A stretch of 64,000 nt of DNA, from contig CM030336.1 in the NCBI GenBank assembly GCA_017654855.1, positions 4,154,001 through 4,218,000 of the forward strand, read 5' to 3'. Below are positions 13,402-27,206 of the stretch, piece by piece. The position numbers and the translations under genes are program-made. Source of the stretch: Podospora anserina (taxonomy: Eukaryota). The notes beneath the pieces were generated by a model. The model was not told the DNA's origin and searched no databases. It was given only the letters and a program-made list of their open reading frames with translations. The stretch's first letter is position 1. Each line of letters begins with the position of its first letter.

Positions 13402-15013
13402 ATGCCTCCGTCAAAGAGAACCTCATTACAGGCGCAATCTTCTGCCTCCAAAGACCAGGTATGTGCCTCGTGTTCCGCCTCTTTTCTTTTTTTCATGAGC
13501 CCGTTTGTCTATTTTCACTCTCACTCTTTCAAAGCGGCAAACAAAGTCTCATTTTCACGCTCACCTTCTCGATTTTCAAAATCCTCATCTTTCTCCCTCA
13601 ACCGCTCCATTCGATACTAACATTCTTCAACGGAAACAGAAGAAGAAGAAAAACAACACCACAACAGCTGCCGCACCAACGGCAACAACCGCACCAGAGG
13701 AGTCAGAGTCTATGTCTCCTCGTAATAGCATCACGGTAGCACATCGAACCATGCCTCCTCCTCCCGCTACACGCGCTCGCAGCAGCAGCGCTAGCAGCAA
13801 GTCAGGGTTAAGCTCTCTTTCACCCAGCCACAGCAGTCCGCCTCCAGTCAGTGCACCCAAGGAGAAGGCGATGCTAACCCCAGTCTCGGACGAGGTGGAG
13901 ATGAGGTCTCCAACAAGTGCGAAGGCTACTCCAGTATCAACCAGCCCCAGTGCTAAGACTAACGGCAATCCCGTGGTCAACTCCGATACCAACGGCACTG
14001 TAGATGACATCCCGCCAGTGGTACACGCCAAGGGCACACTTCAGGTCATCGCTCCCAGGAAGGCCCAGTCACAGATGATGCAACCAGCTTACTCTTTTGA
14101 GTTTTGCAACAATATCGATGAGATCACTGTGCGTCAACTGGAAGAGGACATTGCTGCCTACCACAACGACATGGCCTTTGTTCAAGCCCAACTCTCGGAT
14201 GAAACTCTGACCCCTCAAGAGTCCCGCACTTTCCAACTGCGGTTGCTTGATCTTAGCCACCAGATTCGCCATTGCAGGCACCGGATCGAACAGATTTCAT
14301 TCCAGAACCGCAAGATGGCCAAACCAATTGGTTACAGCCGTCTTGCATACACCAATGTCGTTACCCCTATGGTCCCAGCAGCGACAGCCGCAGCCGCAGC
14401 GGCTGGCGGCATCAATGGCACGTCCTCCTTCACCGCCAAGCAGCGCCCTGACGGCACGGTGTCTTCGACGCCGACAACGTCGAAGCGCCCTGCTGAAGAC
14501 GATGAGGATGAAGGAATGACGGATGGACCGTCCAAGAGAGCCAAGCAGTCCCCTTCACCGACCACAGTAGCCCAACTCACCGAAGAGTACGATTTGAGCG
14601 AGATCGAGATCGTTGACACGGGTGAAGAAGGCGACTTACCTGGCGTCATCACTGTTCTTCAGCGTCTCGGGTTTTGGAAGTGCCGCCTCTGCTGCTCTCC
14701 CAAGTATTTGCTCGCGGGCAGTGGTAGGTCACCGGCTGCGCCATGCAAGTGGCCACTGAAGGACATCAGCAAAATGATTACGCATTTTACGGAAATGCAT
14801 AGCGAGCATAGCGTCAATGAGCGTTGTTATGAGTTGGGGATTGCGCTGGCCAAGAATCGCGGACCGTTTGAGTACTGGCTTCGGAGGACGAGGAATCAGA
14901 ATATTGGGGATGGCAGGTGCCTTGACGAGGCGATTTACAAGTTGGTGAATGGGCAGATGCCCACTCTGTTGAGGCAGCATAGTCGGGCGGCAGCGGGGGT
15001 TGCTATGGAGTAG
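13402..15013 (+). CDS. Hypothetical nuclear-type protein with coiled coil and C-terminal Cys/His motif
   Basis: Exon 1 MPPSKRTSLQAQSSASKDQ, intron 13459..13639, then a long ORF containing WKCRLC...CKWPLKDISKMITHFTEMH; poly(A)/poly(T) tracts upstream. Confidence 0.8.
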
Positions 15014-15804
15014 GTTATGGAGCTTTGAAGGGTATTGTTCTGTATGGATGGGTTTCGCGCTGCTTTCAGAGGGTTGCATCTTGTTCCTACGGGGTTTTGA
15101 AGCATAGGATTTTCGCGTCGCGTTGGTGGTGATGGGTGGTCAGGGCCATGACGTGAACGGGCCGTGATCGCAGGGCAAAGCGACACAAGAGCGAAAGCGA
15201 TGGGGAGAGCGACATCCAGGACGAGCGTTCATACTGTATTGAATCCTTGTTGCATCAGATATTTGGTTGAAACACGGTTGGTGTAGTGTTGTGCGTGCTT
15301 TCCTGTAGTTTTACTTCACCACAGAGAGGTGTCCCTGGGATCACGGGCGAGATCAATCCTGTTCCGAACAGCCATCTGTGAGGTATGAATGTAACCCTCC
15401 ACCTGCTTCCAGACCTTCGGATCTATGGTCATGTTAAAACATTTGATTTTGTACTCTTTGCAGTTGTCTCTCCCCCCACCTGACTCAACTTACCTTATCA
15501 GAAAAGCCTGTCATCCGCCAGCGGATATGGGAGCACAAGCCTGGGGTGCTGTGAACCCCAACAATTCACTTGGCTTCGGTCACTCACTCGTGAGCACCTA
15601 GACAGGAGCAAACGGTAAGCGCTCACCTATCACCGCTTGCTCCTACCCTGAGGGAATTGATCGCCATTTCCCGGGCTATGGGTCTCTGGTGGCTATAAAG
15701 CGTGATCAACCTCTGCGACTCCTTCCACACACTTCATTCAACCTCCTCCAATCCATCAGCTAGCAGGTACCTAACCAAGCAATAGAAACCTCAACACCAG
15801 CAGC

Positions 15805-16528
15805 ATGATCTCTCTCACCACCTTCTTCACCAGCACTCTGGCCCTCTTTGGCGTTTGTCCATCCTCACTCCTTTCCACTCCTCATCCCAATTAACCCACC
15901 CAACAGGTTGTTGTCCACACCGGCTTCGGCCCCGAAGGCAAAACCATGGTCGATCTCACCTTTGACCTCCCCATTAACCCGGCCGAGCCGAACAGCGCAA
16001 AGATTAGCGTCACCGGCACCATCGAGCAGGCCGTTGCAAAGATGGAGGGGGAGTACCCCGGCTGGAACGCGACGTTTACGTCCCAGCCTGGTGCCGCTGG
16101 TGGTGGTGGTGGTAGTGTCTCGAGAATCTTTGAACCGGACCACTACGACTGCAATGTCCCTGGGGATGAGGACGCGTTGCAGGAGCAGATCTTTGAGGGG
16201 ATTGAGTACCTCCGGAGGTTGAATGATACTGCTAGGAACGGGCCCGGGCCAGAGAATTGTGGGAGGGTTAGTTGTAGTTGGAATTCGGCTATTATTTGGT
16301 GTAATAATGTGAGTGTTATGAGAGGGGAGGGCGGAGGGCGGAGGGCGGTTGGGCTAACCTGTGTAACTGCAGAATGACTTTGAGAAGGAGCTTCAGTGGA
16401 GGGATATTGCTAATGCGGCGGCGTATGTTACTGTCAAGTGTGCGCTTGATGAGACGGTGTATGTCAAGGGGCATGGTGAGTATACTAAGGAGGGGTGGTA
16501 TGTGGTGTTGCGGAGGGATTGGTGCTGA
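15805..16528 (+). CDS. Small secreted Cys-rich protein (paralog A)
   Basis: Signal exon MISLTTFFTSTLALFG, two introns, motif GIEYLRRL...GPGPENCGRVSCSWNSAIIWCNN, ends ...REDWC-stop; TATAAA at about 15694. Confidence 0.85.
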
Positions 16529-17224
16529 ACAGGCTTGGTGAGTGGGGGTTTAGTTGGGCTGGGATGCAGTTTTTGAAGCATTTTTAGGTGGGAGTTGGGT
16601 TTATGGCCTGGTGTTGATGTTGTCATCACTTTGAGGCGAACACGGATAAGGCACCGAGTTTAGCTACTGAAATCGCATGGATCCTCTTTTGCGAATAGCT
16701 TCGCTCCCACATACCTACCTTCATTTTGCATTCTGTGATCACCAATTATCTCATCTCATGCCTAGAAAGTTTTGCTGGTGGAGAGCCGCGCAGGTGGGTT
16801 GGCCTCCAGCAACGGGTGGCATGTTCTCCGCCGCCCCTGCCTTACAACTCGGGGCTGGCTACAAAGAAAGTCAGATAATCATTCTGGCCCACAGCCCCGA
16901 GAGCCATTCTCGTCACTTGGAAGCACATATCCGCACGCTGCGGACCGGGAGCAATGGTGGACGTCACGAGCTCCACCTCGAGGTACAGGCCAGCCTGGAG
17001 CAGCATTAAAGCAGCACTTACGGCCGAGAAATTGTGGGAACATCTCGTTATTTCATTCGAATAGTTGAATCGGATCATGCAGTGAATCTACTTGCTCCTG
17101 GGTGGGCCACGGCCACTCTCGGGTGAGTATATATTCTTGTCCTCCTGCTCCCGTTGTCTTCTCCCCTTCCCTATCAATCCATCAGACTCACAACCACCAC
17201 CTCCAACCACTCACCGTGATCACA

Positions 17225-18035
17225 ATGTTGACAATCTCCACCGTCTTCGCCAGCCTTCAGGCTTTCTCCACGGTGAGACCATACCTCCACACCCCTTGAC
17301 TTTCCATCATCAAAGTCTCACTAAGCAGTATCTCAGGTCACTGTGGCCATTCCCGCCCGCCGCGCCGATGACCCCGGCCCCAACTCGGGCATTGACCCCA
17401 AGGGAATCCTCGGCTACGGCACCGTCCCCATCTCCTGGGACCTCCCAACCGACCTGAACAACCCCTCCGCCGGCACCATCACCGTGACCGGCACAGTCCA
17501 AGAAGCCGTCGCAGCCATGGAAGCCGCCTACCCAGGCTGGAACGGCACCTTCCAGTCCAAGCTTCCGGCCTCCACCGCGGAGCAGCAGGAAGACGGCGAC
17601 GATACCTCTGACTTGGGCCTCTTCTCCTTCCCCACGCGCGAGTCGTTCACATGCGACCTCCCTTACGTCCAGGCCAGCAAGCGTATGATTTGGGATGGCA
17701 TCCGCTACCTCCGCACATTGAGTGGTTCGGCCAAGAATGGCCCCGGTAGCCCGGGCAAGGGCAACTGCGGGAGGGTGAGCTGCAGTTGGAGTGCGGCTAT
17801 TTGGTGGTGCAATGATGTAGGTTTTGTCGTGTGTGATGTTGATCTATGGAAAATTACTAACAATGACGAAACACAGAATAACTTCGAGAAGGAGGTCGGG
17901 TGGAATGATATTGCTGATGGTGCTGAGTTCCTCTGCCGCTCCGACTGTGTCCACAGGAAGAAGGACGTCTTGGGCCAGGTGTTTTACACGGATAAGTGGA
18001 ATGTGATTGCTCGTCACGATCAGAACAACTGCTAG
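17225..18035 (+). CDS. Small secreted Cys-rich protein (paralog B)
   Basis: Signal exon MLTISTVFASLQAFST and motif GIRYLRTL...GNCGRVSCSWSAAIWWCND; same intron layout as paralog A. Confidence 0.85.
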
Positions 18036-18297
18036 AAACCACGAGGATGGTTGGCAAAAGGGCAGGGGGTGTTTGGATGGAGCTGTGTCCGGATGAGACA
18101 GCAATGATAGTCTCGAGTGGATCTGCGAGACATGATAGCCTCACATTGCACAAATAACAGACAGCTTGGTTGAGGATGATTCCAAGGTGAGCTTTGTTGT
18201 TGTGATATGTCCTGTAGCTAACCAAATGAACCATACAATCCCAGATATTCTATCCAACCCAGTACCCATCGTCAGGCCCTAAAACATAGACCAGCCC

Positions 18298-18748
18298 TTA
18301 ACGGGTGCTGCACCTGTAGGATCCAATGGTGGTGCGATCGCCAAAGGTAGCGCAGCCGTTGACGCCGTTCTTCCAAATCTGGTCGCCAGTGCAGCCCCCG
18401 TTTCTGTAGAAGATGCAGTTCTCTCCGGTGCCGTGGCGGATGGAGACGATGGGGAGATGGCCGCTGCAGGCCTGGGCGGGGGCTCCGTTTCTGGCGTAGT
18501 GGGTGCAAGACACGCCCGGCATGGACTGGCCGAAGGTGAAGCAGGTGTCGTGGAAGGTGCTGCCGCGGAGGACGCGGTTCTGGACCTGGTCGTTGCAGAT
18601 TCTGCTGTCGGCGTAGCCGATGACTGTGGAATAGGTTAGTGATGGGGAAGAGGGCAAAGGGAGGGGGTGTGGTTGACGTACTCTGCCAGGCTGAGGCGGA
18701 CTGGGCCGCTGCGAGGAGGGAGACGAGGGAGGTGAGGGAGAGATGCAT
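18298..18748 (-). CDS. Small secreted Cys-rich protein
   Basis: Signal MHLSLTSLVSLLAAAQSASA, one intron near 18625-18680, mature part of about 108 aa with 8 Cys. Confidence 0.8.
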
Positions 18749-20475
18749 TTTGGTGGTTGGTTGGTTGGGTTGTGTGGAAGTGTAGGATGAGGATGGGTGA
18801 AGATGATGGGACTGATGGGGGTGATGAAGGTTGTACTTGTAGTTTTTGCATTGGCTCTTTGATGGAGAAGAGTTTATAGAGAATTGTCCGAGTGATCCAA
18901 TCGCTGGTTTAGTCGGTCCACTGCTTGTGGAGGAGGATGTTTGCATTGTCGACCAAGCCATGGTGAATTTCTTTTCGTACTCGGCATCTTGGGTGTTGAT
19001 GATCGCGAGTATGACGGGTGTTTTGGTCGGGGTGAGAATGGATGCTCCATAGCTCCATAGTATGAGTAGGGATGATGATCCTGATGTGGATTCACTACTC
19101 GTATGAACGAACCAGGGAAGATGGTGTACCGTAGTGTGGTGCGGTGTTGTTGCAACGTTAATGGGTAACAGTACCAGCGATTGGATGTCTAAGGTAGCGT
19201 ACATTAGGGGTGCTTGTATTTCTTATTAATTGAGCTAGGGCTAGATCAGTGTGGAGATGTCGACTCTATGCTACTGATGGTCTAACTCCTTGGTTTACTT
19301 CCACCGATCTGAGTCGCGCGTTGTTGAGGATGTTGGGTGTTTTGGTCTCTTACCTTATCTTGTATGGGCTCTTCCTGAGAGCGTCAACCCCGAAGCATTG
19401 AGCCGTGGTATTGTGCGATACTCATGTCATCTAGCACATACATCATTCTCCAATTGACCTACATTCCACCTATCTAAATTTCCCCGAGCGGCCTCGGACT
19501 CAGGGTCCACGTCCCAGACGCTTGGGTCTTGTGTTGTAACCCCCTGGAGCCACGGGTACGCGGCACTCTAACCTTGAATCTACTAAACGCTCAGACATTG
19601 TAACCTTACATACCATTTCCTCAGATTTTCGGTACATGAATATCTGAGTCCGAACCTGCTAGCATGGTTTTCTTTCTGTTGCTCCAGCTGGGTTTATTCG
19701 CAATGCTTTCAACCATTGATGCTGACCCCACTGGACAACAAAGATTCTCGCGTTCACTCTTGACCGATCTTTGACTTCATAGCTCCAAAGACAACCTGGG
19801 CACCTCTTACCTGCCCAAGTGGGAATAGCTGTGCACAGGAAGGGTGGATACTGAGGAGCCAGTACCTTATGCTGTACCGGGTGTGCCGGTGACCCAGTAA
19901 CCTGTATCCACCATCGCCTTGGGGTTGCACCCGAGGCTTGAAGCGGCAACTTAATCGGCGGGATGGGTCTGGCCAGGCGTGGAGTGATGGGATTGTTGAT
20001 GAGGTTTGAGAGTCCGATGCTCCGGATGTGTGGGAGAGCAAGAATGGAGAGTTAGTATTGTTGTAGGACGTCCGTCGAGGGGAATCTCTGGGAAAGCTAT
20101 CCAACGCCCGTCTTCGGCGTATCCTCAGATCTTGATGTCATTCCAACGGTTTGGTCTCTCGCACTTTGCGGTTCAACAACATATCAGAGAGATGGTAGTT
20201 TCAAAATCCCACTCATGAATTTCGCACGCAAAGCCATGCTGGCACGAATAGGGTTACAGCACGGTGGGGCTTAACCCCAGTGTGAGTTGATGACTAGAGG
20301 AAGTGGAGAGCATCGGATCCCCTCTCTAGGGCCGCTAGTGGCAATTGGGCAGCTGAACCCTTCCCCTTTCCCCGTTAACGCGCTTCCTGTTCCTCCATCA
20401 CCATCTCGTCGACACGTTGGTGACGACTTGAGTCCAATTCCCAGTCATCGGCTTCCCGCCACGTCAGTAGCCAAG

Positions 20476-23400
20476 ATGTCGTATACATGGGTCAGTCATC
20501 TACCCCCCTTCTCCACCAAGACGCCACCGGTGCTGACAGCCTGGGTCGCTCAAGGTCCCTGAAGAGACACCAACCCCGGAGAGCCTCCACACATGTTCAA
20601 CATTTGAGCGTCCTCGACTCTTCCAGGACACCCGGGTGGCATCCGACTCTAGCAACGCGGAATGCAACCTGATCACCTTCCTTGCCGCGGTCCAGAAGCA
20701 CAGGCTGCCCTTTCTGCGCGAGACAGACTGGCAACCGTCTCTGCTGGCCAGAAAGGGTGGCCCGCAAGATGTGACTCAGGAAACGCTGAGGGAGGGCATT
20801 GACTATGTCTACAGGCACGTGTCGGAGAAGGACAGGTCCTTCCCTAGCGAGACGTACCGTCGTCTTATTGACGAGATCAATTTTCGTGCCGCCCAGTTGT
20901 GAGGGATCACACACACATTGCCCGTCTGCGTGGGATCTGCTGGGAGGTTCCGCTTGTGAAGCCCCTCGAGAACAGTGAGGCGTGACCAATCCTTGTTTTC
21001 GAAAAGGCTCAATGGAGTGATCTTTGGCAGTTTGCGAGGACTCCGGCTGGTCGGGAGTTGGGGTTCGAAGAGCGACTCAAGATATGCCTTGAGGTTGGCC
21101 GTGCCATTGCGGATATGCATTCCAATCGTGAGTTGCAGCTGTTCCCGTGGTCGCCACAGTGTTCACTGACTCTTGAACTGGTTAGACATCATACACGGCG
21201 ATATAAAGCCCGAAAATGTCCTCATGTTGAAGAGGGAGGATGGCTCGCTATCAGCCAAAGTCGCCGATTTTGGCTACCACGCCTCTTTTGGTAATAGTAG
21301 CAACCTGTTGGAGCTGCCCAACACCTCTCCATGGCATGCACCCGAGCGCCAGGAGCGTTCTAACCTTGCGCCAGCCGAGGTAATGACTGCGGATATCTTC
21401 TCCTTTGGCATGGTCTCTCTATGGTTTGTATTCGAAAAACAGCTTTTGAAGATGGCGCAAAGTCCCGATCATGTGCCCGTGTCCTGTTTGGATTACCTGA
21501 GTGACCCGGGGCCTGATAGGAGCCAGGCTATAGCAAACAAGCTTCGCTCCGCCAACTATCTGCCAGATCCAGCTATCTTGAAGATTCTCGCAGGCCAGCA
21601 GAGTTTCGCCGTGCAACTGGCACAAACACTGATCTCAGGACGGGATGGCCTTGACGGGAAGCTGGGGACTGAATTTAAGCCGCTTTTTGAGGGTACTCTT
21701 GCACTGGATCCGAAAGAGCCTGTGGCTGACCTGAGAGTGTTACTTGAGCTCAAGGCCCCAGATCCGTAAGTATCTGTCTATCAATGAGAAGAACAGGCTT
21801 TCAGTTGGTTATTATCATACTAACCAGGCGCGCAGGAACATGTAACCAATTGGCCTCGGCCCACATGTCAGAGGGTAGTTGGTGTGGACTTCAAGGTACT
21901 TATGAGCCTACCCAGGTACATAGTCAAGCTTGATATACATCCGCTGGCCATATTGCCCATGTAGCTCTCGGATAGCCTGCGGAGGCTATATGCCTGTGAC
22001 TTCCGACTGCGGTATTGCGTTCTCAGAGCCCTCGCTGAGATAGTGGCATCCAATCCCGAGAGCCCATGCGCCGCCGACTTGGCACTTTGTCATGACATTT
22101 GCTTTGGGAGCCTGAAAAAGACCAAGGAAGCGACGGGCAGTAAACGGATATTGACCTCGACACTGATCTGGCACAGAAAATGGCTGCACTGGATTTGGAA
22201 GGACTGGGCTTCGCCTGGGACGAAATGAGCCGGATTAACTCTGGGGTCGTGAGGTCATACGTCGAGCAAGACATTCTCGCCCAGGCCGCAGCAGTGACCA
22301 GACAGGACTTGGAACACGTGCAGCATCTATTGAGTCCCGGAAACGCAGTGGTTCTAGACATCAAGTGCAGGTTGTTTGGGATTCTACTGGCTCAAGGTCG
22401 GTATGATAAAGCCAGAAGGCTCAACCGCAAAGTCATGACGGAGTCGACGGCAGCACTGGGTGCAAAGCACCGCCGGAGGCTCATGGCCTCGAATCATCTG
22501 GCCGTTATTGATTATCACCATTTCTACGAAGACGTTGAGGGTGAAGGTCAGAAGTTCCGGAATGCTATGGCACTGGCCGCTGAATTCTTTCACCAGTGGA
22601 AAGAGGCTTTTGGCGAACGCGATCTCGACACATTGAAGAGCATGAGCCTTTTGGCAGGGCTTGTCGTTGAGCAGACGCAATGGGTTCGAGCCAAGGAGAT
22701 CCATACTCCTGGTGAGGATTACGAAAGAAACGCTGGGGCATGATCACCCAACGACTTTGAGGAGGGTGGCAACGCTATCGATACTGCTGTACAAGCTAGA
22801 GCAGTTCACCGAGGCGAAAAAGGTATGCGAAGAGGTCTTTTCAAACCCGAAAGAGGCTTCTCGGAGAGAACCACGCGGCCACTCTCAATGCCATGAACCA
22901 ACTGGAGCTCGTTGACAGCGGCGATGATCCCTACGACGACTTGGTACCCTTTGAGGCGTACACGAGGGGTATGCAAGCACTCCGTGACAATCACCGCACT
23001 TATACAGATTCCGTCATACACTTGACACCCAGAATGGCCGCCAAAGATGCCAGTGCCAGGAAACAGGCACTGGTCTTCCAGTGGGACATTGTGCAAGTCT
23101 ACGAACGGAAGGATCCGATTCTGACGCGTGATGTGCGCGGCCTGTACCTGCAGACTCTGAAACTGGCCAAAGCCCTGAATGAAGACCAAGACAACAAGGA
23201 CTTACTTGACCAGGCGCTCGGGTATCTGCAGTGGGTCCTTGGCGACTGTGCAAAGAAGCTGGGGGAGGCCAACAATTTTGCGCGCGAGGTGGTCCTGGAA
23301 ATGGGGCGGGCTAACCTGGCGAGAGGCGAATTGGAAGAAGGCACTGAGCAGATTGGTACTGTGGTGGATGTACGAACTGCCCAGTATGGAGAGGATCATG

Positions 23401-23690
23401 TGGATACTCTTGTGGCTTTAGAGATGGAGGCGGAGGGGGCCTGGGAGATGGGCTTACAGGCTCGGGCACTTGATTGCTTGAAGGATTGTATCGAGGAGGC
23501 GAAAGCACTTGTGCGGTTTGAGCATGGGTTTACCAAGAGAATGCGAGAACGCTGGCAGATGTGGGCTAGCCTTGGCAACGGTGGAAGAGGCAACTCTAGC
23601 GGGGGAGGCAGTAGGGGGGGAGGTAGTTGGGGGAGGGGTAATAGAGAACGGGGCAATAGGGGAAGGGGAAGTAGGGGGCGGGGCGGGTAG
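20476..23690 (+). pseudogene. Degenerate protein kinase-TPR gene
   Basis: Kinase motifs HIARLRGICW, LEVGRAIADMH, IIHGDIKPENVL, KVADFG and ADIFSFG, then kinesin-light-chain-like TPR motifs (FGERDLDTLKSM, LGHDHPTTL, YGEDHVDTL). Broken by several stops and frameshifts. Confidence 0.75.
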
Positions 23691-26600
23691 GAAGCGGGAA
23701 AGAGGGGTATGTAGAAGACGACTATGGGCAGTAAGTCAGGAACGTTGGCAGGTTTCTACACTGGGTAGATGGTGAAAGATCTGTTCGCGCACAAATTCAC
23801 ATTTCGATACACATATTCAACCTGGCAGGTAACACAATGGACAGTCCTACCCACCCGGCAGAGCAAGAATTATCCTGTTGGGCGACAATTTATTCGGCAC
23901 TTTATGGTGTGACATTCATATTGGCAAGTGCCGAGTGGAACGAGAGCATTGATGCGACACTCTGGTCCCAGAGCCACGTCCCGATGCTGCCCTAGAAGAA
24001 ATTATATCAGCTTTTCTAAAAGTGCGGACGCGTTGGTCACTATGCCGTCAGCAATATTTGAGAAAATGAGCTGGTTCTTGGGTTGTAGAGATGGAGCCAG
24101 ATTTAGACTTGAGGACATCTTGCGTTGGAGGCAAAGAGGGACGAGTGCCTATACCTTGTTCATGGGGCTGTAGATGATGTTGTGTAAGCGCTTGGTACGA
24201 CATACTTAAATGTGTCTGTTTGTTGCTAGGTATGGCGTGATGGTATAAGGGCGGTTTGTGGGAACGATACTGAAATCATCCTTTGGGTTTCAGCATGAAG
24301 CACATCAGATAGCGGAGGTACCTGGCCTTTGCGGAACTCATCCATCTCCTCCTATAACTCGCAGCTCGGCAATCGAGTTTGACTCCGTATCTGCATGATC
24401 CAGATTAACACCAGTCCCTCGATGGGTATCTGCCTTGCTTGCCAGATTGCAGAGGGGGTGTTACACTACATTTGCCAGTACGGAAGGTATCGTCAGGAAC
24501 CGCAGCTTGCATGCCCTCGTTGACCCTTTTGATGACCTACTTCGCATGGCGATCAATTAGAATATCCTGTAGGCTAGGTTTCACAGCATTGAAGTTGGTC
24601 ACTCCTCTGACGGTCAGGACGGCAAGCTCAACACCTGAGGTGAGACTGGGTTACCAGTCCCACTTGCTAGAAGAAGGTGGGTGATACACTCACCGAGTTC
24701 TCTTGCACTATTCCGCTATCTCCGAGGTCACCAGCGCAATTCTTCCCAACTATCAGTCACGTTCAATGCTACTGTTGCTGTGACGGGATGAGACCAAAAA
24801 ACCCCGAGCTATCCGTTCGCTTGGGAATAAGGTGGTCCTGTCAAATAGATTAAGTCGGTAGTTCGACCTTTCAAGCCATTCAAGCGAGGAAAATAGGAAG
24901 GATCATGTGGCATCAGGGATTGCATGGAAGAAGCCGTTGGGGATTCTGAAGGAAGTTTTTTGTGCCGCGCTATTGCAGTCTAAGAACAGGGAAACTCGAT
25001 GGCTATGCTGTGGGAAATATAGTGTGTTTAATATCAAGCAATAAGCGATTTCCAGGCGCCCGGTTCTGCTCTGTGAAACTCAGCCCTGCCCATAGGTTAA
25101 GTGACGAATTGACAGCTAAAGATCGACAATCTTGACAGGCGGGGGGACCTGGGGTAACCGTGCTGGATCGGACCCAGACCAAAGAAATCAAGCTGCGGAT
25201 TTAACACAGTTTTCGATCTACATACCCGATGAATCCCTCAATCACGAAAGTGACGGTCATAGCTACGCCACGGCGTATAAGCTAATAGCACCGAATCGCA
25301 TGGCTGTACTTTGCAGTCTCCTCGGAACAAGCTGCCGATAGGTCCTATTGCCCCTCAGCCACGCCACAAAAGCTGGTCGCTGATGGGCGTCGCCCCCCTT
25401 CTCAAATTTTGAAACCAATCAGTGCTTACCCTTTGCGAAGGAGCAGGTGCAATCTCCCTCAGAGAACACGAACAGAATGCCGGCATCCTAAGGTTACATT
25501 CTTCGCACTGCGACGTTGGGACCGTGCAGGAAGGATGTTAGCGAACTGACACGTCCCGCAGGCTGTCGTTGGGACGGTGGCACCCCATGCAGATCAAAGC
25601 CGGGCTTCGCACTTCAGCGAGTCCGTTAAGGGATGCCGAACCCCTATCGTTCTTCCAGAAGCTTACGAGCTTAAAATAGATGAATATTGTGACGGTGATA
25701 TACATCTTGTTTCTCACAGCATTAATACAACGCCATCGCTAACTCCGCGAACCACCATAGTTACCCCTGGGTATTGTTAGTGGTGGGCTTTTACAATATG
25801 GACAGGTTCGAGAAAGGATTCGTAAGCTCTTCAATAGTGTGATGTCAACTTCCAGCCGCCGTAACGCTCAATAATCAATACGCCTATAGCAGACTAACAA
25901 GGTTGGCCGTTTGAACTTAAAAAGATGAGATGACGGGTGGCGCCGGCTCGAATTTAGGTCTGTACGACTAACCTCAACTTTGGCATAAGGGACGTTTGTA
26001 GGCCAAGCAGACGTCGGATGCGATATGCAGCCGTCTTACTCATGCACTGAGATCTCGACCTGATTCATGTGATTAAGAAGAAGCTCGTCGGATCTTGTGT
26101 GACCAATGCCAGAGCCCTGGAAACCAACACGAACAACGATGACGCTCTGGCAAGGTTGACAAGGACCACTTGCTCCCGGGAGCAGCCACGTGCAGCCGCA
26201 CATCACATATCTCCACTGCTTACCTACTTTCCTACCCATGAGCCATGGGTCCTAGGTACTGTTCCTCCCGACAAAAACGGCTCCCGCGCCACACTGACCT
26301 TGACAGCTCGCGGGTGCGCTGCGCTCGGCCGAATCCTTCTTCACACCGAACTCTGCTCCATACCCAGGGTAGTTGGATACCAACTAGGTTCCCATCACGA
26401 GAGCCCTCTGACTCCTATCCGCAGTCACCCTCTACGGAATGTGTATCCCCACGCGCGGCCCTAATTTTCATCCCATATTGCGACCCTAACGTTGACGCAA
26501 AGTACACTCCGCGGCTCGTACCACGTGGCCCCATGTCCCTCATCTGAACAATAGGGGCACCCGCAAGCTGAGAGCAAAGACCCAATCCGAGCTTGTCACC

Positions 26601-27206
26601 ATTCAAGGAAAGGATCGTCACCTTGCAGCTTTTATTGACATCTAGCGCCTCCTCTGGCATCAACATCAGCCATGACAAGCCCTCGAGAGCTGATGTCGTA
26701 TATACGAGACGGCACAAAGCTCCTCGACAACTTCATCGTGTATCAGGCACTGATACCTAGTCGTTCAGGAACAAACATCACAATACTTAGACACGGCTCT
26801 TTGATCCCGCAGGGTGTGTGCTCAAGCTGACCACCACCGCCATCCCCACGCTCTGGACGAATGCGGCGCTGTTAAAATTACCATCACCAATGCTTCCCTT
26901 TTCTGTGAAGTCTGCCTGGAGCGGTGGCATGATCGGTCCGCCGTTGCGGATGAGGCAGGATGAAGCTATCCTCGTGGACATGGAGTTATCGGGCTGGCCG
27001 GAAGCCTTCCTATACCCTGGAGGAAATATTGATTTCAAAGACGCCTTCGTTGAAGACATCACGAGTATAAGAAGATGGCCATGTGCGCGTTATCAAACAC
27101 CTTTGTTTCACATCCTCAAGCTGAGAAAGAGCCTTCGGCATACTACCTACTTCTTACACTCTTTTGACATCATTACTTTGCTTGACCAGCCGGTCCATCA
27201 GACACT

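Noticed and set aside
19494-19653. 10-bp inverted repeat TCGGACTCAG/CTGAGTCCGA as a possible MITE
   Set aside because: No TSD and no second copy in the window; compatible with chance.
23900-27000. Short ORFs in a long intergenic stretch
   Set aside because: No motif or consistent frame recognised; may hide older relics but I cannot support any.
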